NCBI GenBank assembly: GCA_051942205.1
Contig: JAVECO010000039.1
Location: 62,001-126,000, forward strand
Source of the DNA: Coniocarpon cinnabarinum
Taxonomy: Eukaryota
DNA: 64,000 nt
Reading direction: 5' to 3'
Shown one piece after another: positions 11,795 to 23,714 of the stretch; the stretch's first letter is position 1; every line of letters begins with the position of its first letter. The position numbers and the translations under genes are program-made. The notes below the pieces were generated by a model, which was not told the DNA's origin, did no database searches, and saw nothing but the letters and a program-made list of their open reading frames with translations.

Positions 11795-13864
11795 TCACCG
11801 TGCTCGCTCTTTACCTCGACCTGACATGGAAGCCTTTTTGGTCGAAGATGCAGTCCGCGCAACAGCCGATGCTCCTTCACTCCCACTCTCCTTCCTTTCC
11901 CCACTCGTGCCAGACCGCTCGCGACGACTGGCAGCCCTTGCAGCACTGCCTGCGCGAGCCTTGCGTTGGCGCTCCTCTCGGGCTTTCGGATCTTGGTTTC
12001 GCATGTGATGTAACATCACGTCCCGCCGTATCTTCTTTTGAGTTTCCGGGTCCTTGATCTGATCGGGCCGGGTTGTGTTGAAAAAGGGAAGGTCGACTTG
12101 AGGTGGCGACGACGTCTCAACTCGTCCTCCCGGCGCCGCCGATGTTGGTGATACCGGAGCGCCGGACATGTAGCTCGGAGGAATGGCGTATTCCGCGGAC
12201 TGCGATGGTAATGTGCCCGAAGGCATTCGAGATGGAGAAAGACCGGTGCCCTGGTGTTCGAAGTCGAAAAAGTCCATCTCCGCGCTGGCAGGTGCGAACC
12301 TCGGCCCTTCGTCCCCAGGGTATGAGATGAACATGGGAAATGCAAAGGCGTTCGAGGGCAGTTGTTGGGTCATCAAGACGGGTGGACTTGAAGGCGCTGG
12401 TCTATTGTTGGATTGTCGTGCGAGACGTGAGATCCGCACCAGGCTTCTGTAGACCCATTGTCTTTGACGAGGCAAGAGAGCAGGTGCTTTGTGGCATGTC
12501 CGGAGTGGTACCAGAAGGTGAAACCATCCCCAGTGCATCGCATGCGTCTCGTATTGGTCTCCAGCGCCGCGAGTGGGGAAGTTTGCGATTGGCTCAGGAT
12601 CCTGCGACGTTCTATTACCGAGATGATAGTGCACTGTATTGCAAACCTCGTCAACCATTGACTGTATGGTTTGAAACAGACGTCGCCGTTCTTCTGGTAG
12701 GTCAGCACTGAGTGTTGCCTGGGACCAATTCAACAATTCATTGAGAGCAATGTGCAGATTAATCCTGATTGTTCGCCAGCCATTCCAAATCCTGGCAATC
12801 CAAATGTTGGGATACACGTGGATCTGATTTGCGAATCGGTCGTTCTCGAAAACGATTTTGTCAGCATCGACGAGGGTGTATTTCCAAACGTCTTCGATCG
12901 AAGCACTCCATTGCTGTAGTCGATTGTCAATCTCGTGACCAAACTCGATAATGTCTCGAGCAGCATTGAGAAGCGCAGAACGATCGGTGAGATGAGCCTG
13001 CTTGAGGGCAATAATGCGTGTCTGGAGTCGGTTGACTTCACGAGCAATCCTCATAAGTCTCAAACCTGTGTTGTCGGGATAGTTCGGGACTTCACAGAGC
13101 TCGCCCAACACGTCCTCGAAAGCATACCAGCGATCAATGCAGTACAGCAGCTGGTTTGGTTAGATCCCCTCAGAAACAAAGACCCAGGCATAGGCTTACT
13201 AGTCGATTTTGAAAACATAGAAATATCGTACGTGATCTTTCATGCTGGAGCTGCTCAAACCCTCGATGTTTTAATAGCAATGGAATTGCGTCCCCGTGTG
13301 TGTGCTCAAACTGGATGTTCTCGGTCACGGAGCGTATGAACTGGATCCACGGGTCAGCTATGGGCGTGACAAGGTCATTGGAAAGGTCATTGGAGGACCT
13401 ACCTCAAAGTGACAGAGTAATTGAATCGTCACTAAGGTCTCATCTTCCCTACTCAAGACGTTGTCTCCGAGAGCCTCCCTCACTTGCAACAGCGTTCGTC
13501 CATACTCTGATTGAGCCTGAGCCAAAAGGTCTGGATCTTGAGTGTCTAGTCCGAGTCTTTCCAAGGCGAGTGCGTTCATGGCTGAGCGAATGTGAGACCC
13601 TTCAGGGGCGACCTGGAACATTGAAGGAACCTGGGCCATGACTCCATCCGTGGTTGCAAAAGATGGTTCAAAAAATCGAAGTGCATGGGTGAAAAGATAT
13701 GCCAGGGACTCGGCATCATTTGGAACAGAGCTCTCGCCACTAATAGAGGCTTCATAACCAGTAGGAACGAACGTCGATAACGCCGTAGACTCATCATCTG
13801 TGGCGAAAGAGGAAGTGATGTCTCCAGATGTGAATGGCGTCGAGTTGCCATATGGCGGGAACAT
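11795..13864 (-). CDS. Fungal-specific transcription-factor-like protein (Fungal_trans_2/DUF3468-like middle region) with no Zn2Cys6 cluster; 3 coding exons
   Basis: Spliced translation gives AMNALALERLG...AQSEYGRTLLQVREAL...DETLVTIQLLCHFE | ...HGDAIPLLLKHRGFEQL...FQNRL | LLYCIDR...YPNIWIARIWNGWRTIRINLH...QRQWVYRSLVRIS. Both introns are canonical. The likely start is aaaATG (MFPPY) at 13864. Confidence 0.82.
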
Positions 13865-16329
13865 TTTAGATTTTATTCGCTGTGACTCGGTCTTCGACGT
13901 TCCTCGGCCTGCAATGTGCAGTGTTTCATGCGTGAAGGCATCATGACACAGTGTTAGTACCATGGCGATCTTATAAGTCTTTCAATGTCTCAAGAACTTT
14001 ACACGACCATAGATATTTTGGGCAGATGGTTGAAAACGCTCGAGTTCTGCATACGGCTGAAGGAAGCCTGACGGATATGAGCCACGAACAAGATAGTATA
14101 TATGATGAGACGGGAGGGCGGCTAGAAGCGCGCAGAGGATAGATAGCAAAAGCGCGAGAAGTTGCGTTGAACTAAACGCGTTAGCCTGGGTCCAATAGTC
14201 GAAGCGTCAACGTGCTCTGATCGCAGAAACATTAGATTGTGGGATGGCACGACGCAAGGACCATGGACGTGGGTGCCACGCTAGGATGTTTGATCAGCGT
14301 GTAGAACTTTCCGTAGACAGTCGTCACTTTGGCCCCTAGCATGCATCCTTCCCACAGAAAACCGTCAGCAGTGGCGGTGGAGTCCAGAAGCAGTACTCAG
14401 TATATCAAGGGAGGTGGGGATGAAGGATATCCGGCAACACTCAGCCCAGCCTACACCACTCAGCCATCTGACAAGTAGTCACTCAGCTCGTGGCCCTGTA
14501 CTTGACAGGATGGCGCCAGAACAGACGCAAGAGGAGACTAGAGGTGTCCATCACGCGAAGGAGGGTGAGTTTGTACGGAAAAGCCGCGGGGCTCGCTTGG
14601 GCCGAATGCGGAAGATCATCTACAGACGACACGAGACCGGGTCGAAGAGCGGCCAAGGCTCTGGAGGAGGCTATTGGCGGCCGCAACAGCTCGAGGGAAA
14701 CTCTGGAGTAACGTGCGCCGCACCGACGCCAAAGGTAGGGTAGGGCTAAAGGTGTAGGAGCAAATGACTCAGCGGCTGAGAGGGCGCTGGAGCAAGCGAA
14801 GCGCTTCTACACGGCGCGTCGGGAAGGAAGACGGCGCGTCGGCTGCAGACGGCTGGGAAGGAGTGCTTGCGTCTCCGTCCAAAGCAGGGCATGTCAACAA
14901 GACCAGAGGCGATTCCAGAGCAACATGTTGTGTTTTGCCCAGGGAGAGGGCGTGGCGAGCACGGTTGACGGCGGTCGAGCCTCCCACTGCCCTGCTCCTA
15001 ACCGAGGACGACCCAGGCGAGCCGTGGTCGGTGGCAGGACAGGCTCTGTCTCTGTCTCTGGAACAGCCGTCGTGCACCTGAAAAGTGGTGACAAGCCGGA
15101 GCAAAGAGCAAAGGCCGCCAGGGCCAGTGCTGGACGAGATGAAGAGAAGGTGGTGGGGAACGTGGTATGAAGGCCACCTACAAGACCGTTTACTCAACGA
15201 GGACTAGCGCCTCCGCGAGACATCCGTGCACGGCCAATGATGGGCGCCGGAAAGGACAGGATGCAGCGACAGCGACAAGCAGGTTCGCAGCAACAGCCAC
15301 CTCACCTCATTTGCAGGGCGCCCGAGAGATCTTCAGCCCACGCGCCCTCCACGCCCACGGTCCAACTGGCAACAGCCCTCTGTGGCTTCGCCCCCGCCCG
15401 CGCTTGCACTGCTTGGGGGCATCGCTGGCGGCGAGTGAGAGTTGCTCCGACTCCTCGCCCAAAATATCATCCACACATCATTCGCCGGCGAGACGAGCAC
15501 CCTGCGACAAGCGCCAGATCGCGCGAGGGCCAGCTTCGGCTCTGTGCCCGGTGCCAGCGTGTGTGCGCTTGTGGGTGCTCGTGTGCTGGGGTGCGGGTGT
15601 GTTGATGTGTTGGTGCGCTGGTGCGTGTGCTTCCAGCCTCGACTAGCCGCCGTCTCACACGCCAACACGCCTGGACGCTCATTGCGCTACCATCGCGCTG
15701 TCCACCTCTGCCTCCCCTGCTCTCTACGATGGGTAAAAGGTTCTGCTCAATCGCCATCTTTTGCAGAGCCTCCCGAGATACGCAACTAGGGCCGAGCAAA
15801 TACTGCGGTCACTGCTTCAGCCCGTAGAGCTTGGTTCCACGACCCAGGTAGGCAACTTTTGCCACGAGGCAGATTATCGTCTAGGGTGTCTTAAGGGGGC
15901 CCGAGGGCCGACATGACTACGACCTTGGGGCTTTCTAACCTGGCCAGACCCTCATTTACCATCTTGTATTAATTTTGCATGGCCCTTACTGTGTCCTGCT
16001 GGACATGCATTGGGCGTCACCAATTGTCCGTATTGCTTCATGCACGGCTGCACGGGCTATTGCACTCACGTTCCGCATCCTGGCGCATGGGCTCAATCAA
16101 ACGCACATCCTCCCGGCACAAAGCACCATTCAGCTCACGGCACGGCCCATCTGCTGTGCAGGGAGCCCCCACAGCAACTGATTTTTAGCTTTACCGAAGC
16201 ACACGTGTCTATGTAGCCTCTGCGTGGAAACTCCGGTGAGCCCGAAACCTACGGGGAAACCGTTGACAAACCTTGATCACTGAATCTCAAATAACCAACC
16301 TCATTCACGAAAGCTCTTTCCGTCAGCTT

Positions 16330-17427
16330 TCAACATCCTAGGAAACTGTACGCATTGACCCTCGGGCAGTATCTCCATTCTAACCCCGGCAATATTTGGC
16401 GCAGCCACTCGAGCCACCAAAATGAGTACGCCGGTTGATAGACGGGTGCGGCTGGCACAGACGTAGATGCAAGGGTTGTCTTTGTCGACGAAATGACCGA
16501 GGCGCTCCCTGGCTTAGTTGTTGTCGTCATTGTCATGCCGGTCGATGCAATCGGAGCATTGACGTAAGCAGAAGAAGCTGCGGTTGTAGGTTGCTGCTTG
16601 CTGCTGCTGCTGCTGCTACTCAAGGCAAGATACCCCGACGCGCTTGTGCTCGGCGCTGATGTCGGCGCTGGGAGTGGGCTTGCCGATGTTAGGCCTGACG
16701 AAGCCGTCGCAGATGTTCGTATACCTGACTGGCCATCACTGCCGCCACCGCTTGCCGAGGACGGAAGAGCATCGGATTTAGTAGCGGCAATACTGCCCGA
16801 GCTTGGTGCAGTAAATGTGGACGTACTCTGTTTCGACGAACTTGCACTTGCTATGGAGGCACTGCTCGCAATCTGCGTGCTGCTTCTCACACTGTTCGCC
16901 GATAGACCAGTAGTTGCGCTTAGGGTGGCCGTTCCGCTTGAAATAATAATTGAAGCTGTCGTCTGCAGTGAAGCTGCAGCATCCCCTTGACTGCTCACGG
17001 CAGTGCCGGAGTATGACGTGGCTGTTCCTGAAAGTGCTGGGCCACTGTCCGCGTTGCCAACCCTCACACATTGGTAATAATTGAGCCATAAATTGTAGCA
17101 TTGAGACCCGATATCCGTATTCCAGGCGAGCTAGAGGTGAAATTATTAGCATGCTGCATCGTGGATCTTCGCGAAACCTACGAATTGTTCTCTGCTAATG
17201 CCACATCTTTGTGGTATTGTGTTGCAGTCGTCTTCTGATGACTTCACTTGATACCATGCATTGCATCCAAGAACGACTCCTGGCTGCACCGCAGATGGTG
17301 TTTGAGTGGAATAAAGAATGTCGATTGTCGAGCTCGCCTGTGGAAATGCCTTCACCCAACCGATCTTCGAGAATATGGTTAAAGTGACACCCACGTACAG
17401 GAGGAATTGACTAGGCATCTGGACCAT
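16330..17427 (-). CDS. Secreted LysM-domain protein with long Ser/Thr-rich tail; 2 exons
   Basis: Hydrophobic N-terminus (FLLYVGVTLTIFSKIGWVKAFP). Fungal Cys-type LysM: PSAVQPGVVLGCNAWYQVKSSEDDCNTIPQRCGISREQF|LAWNTDIGSQCYNLWLNYYQCV, joined across an intron at about 17132-17182. Confidence 0.88.
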
Positions 17428-19450
17428 TGGAGCAAAAGCAGCGCGACGCCTGGTGGCAGGAGACGATTCCTTGAGTCGGGAGCGCTCGCGGATGTCCTTA
17501 GTCCACCATCTTGCCGGGCGGTTGCCCTCGTTGTAGCTTGAGACGCCATTGTCGACCCTGTCCTTGTCTGCGTGCTTTGGTTCTAGCCTTTGTCTGCACA
17601 CAAAGGATATCAGGCGGCGTCCGACAATGCCAGTCGCAAGAATTGATCCCCAGACAATGGAATAAACCACCTTCTTCTACTTCTTCGTCGAGCTTCAAGA
17701 TACCCAACAAAGATTCAAAGCAGTCTGTGACAGCACAAAAAATGGAGGCGGGAATCTTTCTATTAAGCGAGAAGTAGGAGCATGTTTCAACCACGTTGGG
17801 CTTGGCGGTGAATGAGACGCCTCGCACCAGTCCTTTAGGTAAAGTCTGGATGTCCTGATGCCAGCTATTCTGCAGTCGGGCGTTCTTGTGTCGGGTTCCT
17901 GTATCTCTCTCTGCTATATGCTGCCCAAGGGTTTTTGTGATGGAAGCCAGGCGAAATAGATCAGGAATGAGGTAGGTGAGAGAGATATGTATACATTGGG
18001 AGAGAAGCGCCTTTCGTGTGCGTAATACCATCAAAAGTCTTATCACAACTCTTTTAGCAGCAATATTACAGCAACAAACTCACGAGTGTGCATAGAGTGT
18101 CTCCATTTTCACGCATGACTGAGTGTTGAGCTCGTCTCATGAGTGTTTGCCTTCAAGCAGCGCGCTGTGGCAGCGCTCATGCACTGTTTTTGGATTGGAT
18201 GATATTTCAGGAGCGCAGCATCTGGTGCGTTGGAGGTTAACGTTGAGTTCCCTGATGACTCAGCACCGAATCAGCAATAGCACGCGAATGAATCCGCCTA
18301 TTGCGCGAGGACATTTCTCAGCCGACAATTCCCCAGAACGTGCCGCTTTGAAAGGAGATAGTCAGCGTCCGTGTGTGAACTCTGAGTCGGCACTCGATCG
18401 CCACGAGGGAGCCATCAGGCTTGTCTGTCGGAGCCATCGGAAACAGACTCAAAGTTCGACGTCTAAGCCCAACCCACTCCAGGATGTAGTCAGAATTTAG
18501 CTCACGATTAGTGAGGTGGAAACGCCGGGCCGCACCACGCGAAGGGCCGCACAGGGTGGCTGCAGATCAAAAGAGCAGTTGGGGCACCCACGAATAAGCG
18601 CGCAGGACAGTTGAAAGACTCCAAAACAATCGAGATTCCGAGGGTTGAGGGGGCGCAAAGACCTACAGCGCGCGGCTGCCGACACTCGCACGAGTCGGCT
18701 TGTGATCTGCCGTCTCACTAGCGCCGCCACTGGGGTTTGCTGACCGGATCGCTCGGAAGCACTGAGCCTGAACTCGTGCCTCAGCAAGCTAATCGGAATC
18801 TTCTGAATAAGACGGGGCCGCTATGTAGACGCCTTGCTGTTGGACAGGCGGCATAGCCGACAGCGCGATGAGGTAGACGTTGACAAAGGAAGCCCCGAAG
18901 ACAACGCCCCCGTTCTCTGCCATGCGGCTATGCCTCTTGTCCCGAAATTACTGGCATGCAGACCACTCAGAGGACAATGGACGAGTAACTGCCACAACGG
19001 GTATTGGTGCTCTGTGAGCCGCAGACAACCATGCGCCGTTATGCTCACAGCTTCAGAGGTTGCAATTCTCTTATCCTTGGGGCTTGAGTGGTGCCATGTT
19101 TGTAAGGCATGAATCATAGCAATGGCTTTGATCCATAACCCCAGCTGTTGTAACACCTGTTTTCCCTTGCGAACAGAGTCTTCGTGAATGCAAGTACTGC
19201 TTGGAGTAAAATCAAGCATCCTGCCGTGGTGTTCATGGAGTTTTGAAGATGTATTGTAGAAGCGCCAGGCCACTTCCATTGTAGCTCCTCTTCGGCCCCC
19301 GCCTCGTCCTCGGATATGCTGCAATGTCACATGATCTGCGCTTGTCTCCATTGCCATTGACAAGCGATCACCGGCACCCATTTCTGCACTCTGGCACATA
19401 ATTGGAAAGCCAGTTGCAGCATATCTCCGGCATTGACTTGTCGGTAGAAC

Positions 19451-20351
19451 ATGGCCGCCGGTCTCAGAATCCTCGTGCCTGTTAAGCGGGTCATCGACTA
19501 TGCAGTATGCACCTGGGCCTTAACTCTCGAACGGTGACAATGCTTACGGGTTGGCAGATCAAGCCTCGGGTCAACAAAGCCAAGACCGGCGTCGAAACAG
19601 CTGGCGTCAAGCACTCTATGAACCCCTTTGACGAGCTCTCGGTGGAGGAAGCCGTGCGGTTACGTGAGCGCGTGAACCCCGCAGTCGACGAGATCCTGGC
19701 ACTGAGCGCGGGGCCGGCGAAGGCGCAGGATGTGTTGCGCACGGCGATGGCAATGGTATGTTCATACAAGCGTTTCCCGTATCGTCAACACCATTGATGA
19801 GTACTTCACAGGGCGCTGATCGCTCGATCCACATTGACGTAGCCGAGGACGCTGACGCTGGCGGTCCCGAGCCCCTCGCTGTGGCAAAGCTTCTTCAAAA
19901 AGTCGCGCAGGAAGAGAAAAGCGACATTGTAATACTCGGGAAGCAAAGCATAGACGATGATGCGGGACAGACGGGTCAAATGCTTGCAGGCCTTCTCGGC
20001 TGGCCGCAGGCCACGCAAGCCAGCAAGGTTGAGATAAAGGAACAAGACGGCGGGCGCGTCGCTGAGGTGACGAAAGAGGTGGATGGAGGCACGGAGACCG
20101 TACGAGCTAAGCTACCCTTGATCATTACAACAGACCTGCGATTGAATGAACCGAGGTACGCGAGTTTGCCAAACATTATGAAAGCAAAAAAGAAGCCAAT
20201 GGAGAAGAAGAAGTTGAGCGACTACGGAATCGAGCTGCAGAGGCGAATGAGAACGGTACGGGTCGAAGAGCCACCGGAGAGAAAAGGAGGTGGAAAGGTG
20301 GAAGATGTGGATGGCATGATTGGAAGACTGAAGGAGTTGGGTGCATTATAG
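19451..20351 (+). CDS. Electron transfer flavoprotein beta subunit; 3 exons
   Basis: MAAGLRILVPVKRVIDYA|IKPRVNK...KHSMNPFDELSVEEAVRLRE...GKQSIDDDAGQTGQMLAG...TTDLRLNEPRYASLPNIMKAKKKP. Confidence 0.97.
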
Positions 20352-20586
20352 AACCTCAGATCATGATTGAGACCACATAGAGTATCTGTACATACTTCAA
20401 AAGCCGAGAAGCGTCCGCAAGGACGAGCATATGGTTTCACCATCGAATGAGTGAGGATATCCTCGCATGTGTTCGCTAAGTTGAAGGAGCGGGCGTCAAC
20501 AGTCCAATTAGTCATTGCGCATCACAACTACCCCCGCATCAACATCGTCTGGCTCTCAAAGTATAACCGAAGCAGGCCTCAGCCAC

Positions 20587-21214
20587 TTATTGCACCACCG
20601 GCCGCCCATCACCCCACATTCCAACGACGCCCAACAGAAACGCAAATCCTGAGAGGCCAGCTCGCACCGCCTGCCGCAGCTTGAAGCCCTCCATACTCTT
20701 CCTCACCTCCTCGCCGTTGACTCTGACACTCCCATTGACATCCTCGTAATCTTCTTCCTCGACTTTGCCCGCTGGGCTGGGATCCCGCTTCTTTGCATCG
20801 CTGGAGCGCCGCGAGAGGAAGACGTCAGTGCTGGCTCCAATACCGACTGCGAGACAGGTCCACAGCAGATACGGGTGACGTCGACCCGGTGAGAGGGCGT
20901 AGGCGAGAAGGTAAGTCGAGGTGGCGGCGAGCGAGAGGCCGTTCAAGTGGCGGGTCGTAGACGCTTGGTGCGATTTAAAGGTCGCAGAGCCGGCACCAGC
21001 CGAAGGGAGGAGAAGCAGCGAGGGAATGGATTGCGTCGAAGTGGCATAGGAGACGCCCTAAGCGCGGTCAGTTTCCTGCTTGGATAAAGAGATTGGCGCC
21101 GTCGAAGGAGGGGCATATCGAAAACGGGATGATGGCAAAGTCAGGACTCACGGTTAATAATCCGAGACTACATGTGCCTACAAACTTGAGAATCGGAACG
21201 GTAATGCCTGACAT
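20587..21214 (-). CDS. ATG33: Autophagy-related protein 33-like mitochondrial outer membrane protein; 2 exons
   Basis: MSGITVPILKFVGTCSLGLLT|GVSY...LLAYALSPGRRHPYLLW...VNGEEVRKSMEGF...GVVGMWGD matches the Atg33/Scm4 pattern as I recall it. Confidence 0.85.
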
Positions 21215-21862
21215 CTTGCTTGTAGTTAAGGGTCAAGCAAAAGAAGTTTGAAGATGAAAGAGGTGAGGTGACCTTGGATTCGAATCAGTGCCAGACGATA
21301 CCGTAGACGCAACCGGAGCCTACTTGTGAAGGAATTTGGGCGTGAGAAGAATCATTGTGGTACGAGCTTTGGGTCCTGGTCGCAGTTTATCATGCCAGAT
21401 TGACGGTTAAATATCACGTGATTTATATAACTAGTCACGTCTTGTTCACAAGCAACAGAAGGACGCACACTAAACGTCAACCCCCGCAAGTTTTCACGCA
21501 GGTGCGACAGAGATCTTTGTGAGATTGTGAGATAATTTGAATATTAGAACGATGACTTGGAGAGAAGATTGAGCTGGGAGCTTATCTGAGAAAGTGCGCA
21601 CGTTTACGTCTCAGCTCATTCAATTGTTGTGTTTGCGTGTGATCACAGGTGAAGATGCAAGAAAGAAAGAAAGAAACTAAAGTTGCATATAAGACTGCAG
21701 GGCCTTTCAATGCTTTCAGATGGACGCCCGCTCGCCCAAAATCCAGGAGTTCGCCGTGTCCATCAGAACTAGCATTGTCTACTTTTGGTTGTGACTGCAC
21801 CCTCCTGCCTTGTCTATCAAGATTCGGTCACGCTTCAAAAATCTTTGATATTCAGCCACATC

Positions 21863-22884
21863 ATGCCTATCAAGCCTATCAAGCCTATCAAGTTTATCAA
21901 GCCTATCAAGCCTCGAGACCCCATAACGCCGAAGAAGAAGAGAGCCTGCGGTGGCGAGGCATTTCCTCCTCGTCCTATTCCTGTTCCTTTTCCCGCTCTT
22001 ACTTTTCCTCCTGCTGATGATGATGATGACGATGATCTTCCAGAAGTCTCCGTTTTGCACAATTACTTAAGGTAACTCTTAATCGTTACTAATAGCAATT
22101 TTCCATTCATTGACAAATAAACAGCGTTTTTAAAAGCGGAAATTTTGCAGATGTGACTATCGTCACTCAGACGAAACATATACCAGCTCACAAGATCATG
22201 CTCGTTAGCCAGTCCGATTATTTTGCGACTGCCTTGACGGGGCCCTTCAAGATAGGAATCTTGTACGGAGCAGGAGCTCACATGTTCTAACAAGTCTAGG
22301 AGGCCAAGTCTGCAGAAATTGTTTTGGATGCTCATGATGACAGCATCATTAGAGCGGTCCTGCAATTCATTTACACGGGCTATGTATCCATTGATCGAGA
22401 TTGCACCAATCACGCCACCTTCCTAGCCGATCTAAGAGCAGCGGCCGAGTACTTCAGCATGCCAAAACTGAAAAGCAGTGCGCAGAATCAGTTTTTGAAC
22501 CTGTTGTATCTGCGACCGAAGGACGCATTCATTACTGCACCAACTGCTTACTCTGACACTCAGCCTTCAAAAGATGATTGGCAGAAGGCCTTCAGCAAGA
22601 TTGCCTACACCAAGTTGGACGAGATCTTGGGTACGGACAGCGACAGCCAAATCACTGAGTTGCAGAAAAGAAACCGCCACATCCTCATGGACCTGCCTAA
22701 GCTGAGCTTCGATATTAGCATCCAGCACGTCTCTCGTACATCATCGCTTCCACTATCTGGAATCCATGGAGCAAAGAAAGCTGAGTGTGCTACCTGCAAA
22801 CAAACAGTGTACGCAAGTCACGTCTTCAAAGTACTTCGCTGCCCCGAATGTCTGAAGAAGATATGGGATGGGGCCAGCTTCTAG
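21863..22884 (+). CDS. BTB/POZ domain protein with C-terminal CxxC...CxxC; possibly a pseudogene because intron 2 has an AT donor
   Basis: Exon 2 FKSGNFADVTIVTQTKHIPAHKIMLVSQSDYFATALTGPFK joins exon 3 EAKSAEIVLDAHDDSIIRAVLQFIYTG...AAAEYFSMPKLK, a typical fungal BTB. Introns at 22072-22124 (GT-AG) and 22252-22299 (AT-AG). Confidence 0.8.
21866..21913 (+). repeat. 9-bp coding tandem repeat (CCTATCAAG) x5 encoding PIK repeats
   Basis: cctatcaag cctatcaag tttatcaag-type units translate to MPIKPIKPIKFIKPIKP. Confidence 0.9.
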
Positions 22885-23714
22885 ATTTTCATGAGAGGTT
22901 TCGTTGATCGAAGCAAGACTCAAGAGATCCGTCAACCATGCTCATGGTGACTCAAGGGCTGCAAAGGATTACACGAGTCTTTCCAAGACCATCACCAATC
23001 ACCTCGCTCAGATACGGTGAGATCTCTACTGACTTGACTCAATACGTAGATCTGAGAATTTTGAGCAGCAATTAGATCGCTTTTCAATGCGATGCTTGCA
23101 GGTCTCTCTGTTCTGGTATGTTCACTGGTGACCTTTTTCCAAAACATCGCAGCGATCTTTGATCGAGATAGCTCTACCCAGCGTTGCAAACCTGTCGAAA
23201 CTCCAACATCCTTAACCCCAATACGAGGTGAGCTGTAGCCAGACGCAGTGTCGTAGCGACCTCTGAGAGCCCAATCTCAATAGCACGAAGGCATATAGTA
23301 GTTTTCGCAGTCTTAATTTGACTGTCATCTACCCTGAGGTGGTCGATGTTGGGTGGCACATAACCTCCAGCGGCTGACTGAGCGAAATGCTTTTGAGCTA
23401 AATCGTATCAGCTCGAAAATATCGTTGCATTCCTGGGCAACACTGGTACAAGAGACTTGGTCTTCGTCGTGCATTAAAGAAGGCAGAGCAGGGAAGTACT
23501 GCGTGTAACTCACCACCCATTGGCGCAAACATGTGATGATGCAGCGACGTCTTTGTCACCGCTATTTTGCTAGGCGAAACCCCAAGAAGTGTAAATTATA
23601 CCACTGGTAGTCAAAGTCCGCTCCTCAACACCTGCAGTGACCATAAGGATGGATGAAAACCATCATGCTCGTCGAATGGGATTTGTTATCAACAGCTTTC
23701 GCTCCGGCATCAGG

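Noticed and set aside
14735..14750. GTAGGGTAGGG as telomeric or telomerase-template sequence
   Set aside because: Not TTAGGG, and only two units
18821..19399. 192-aa minus-strand ORF upstream of ETF-beta
   Set aside because: No motif, it starts about 50 nt from the ETF-beta ATG, and there is no splice support
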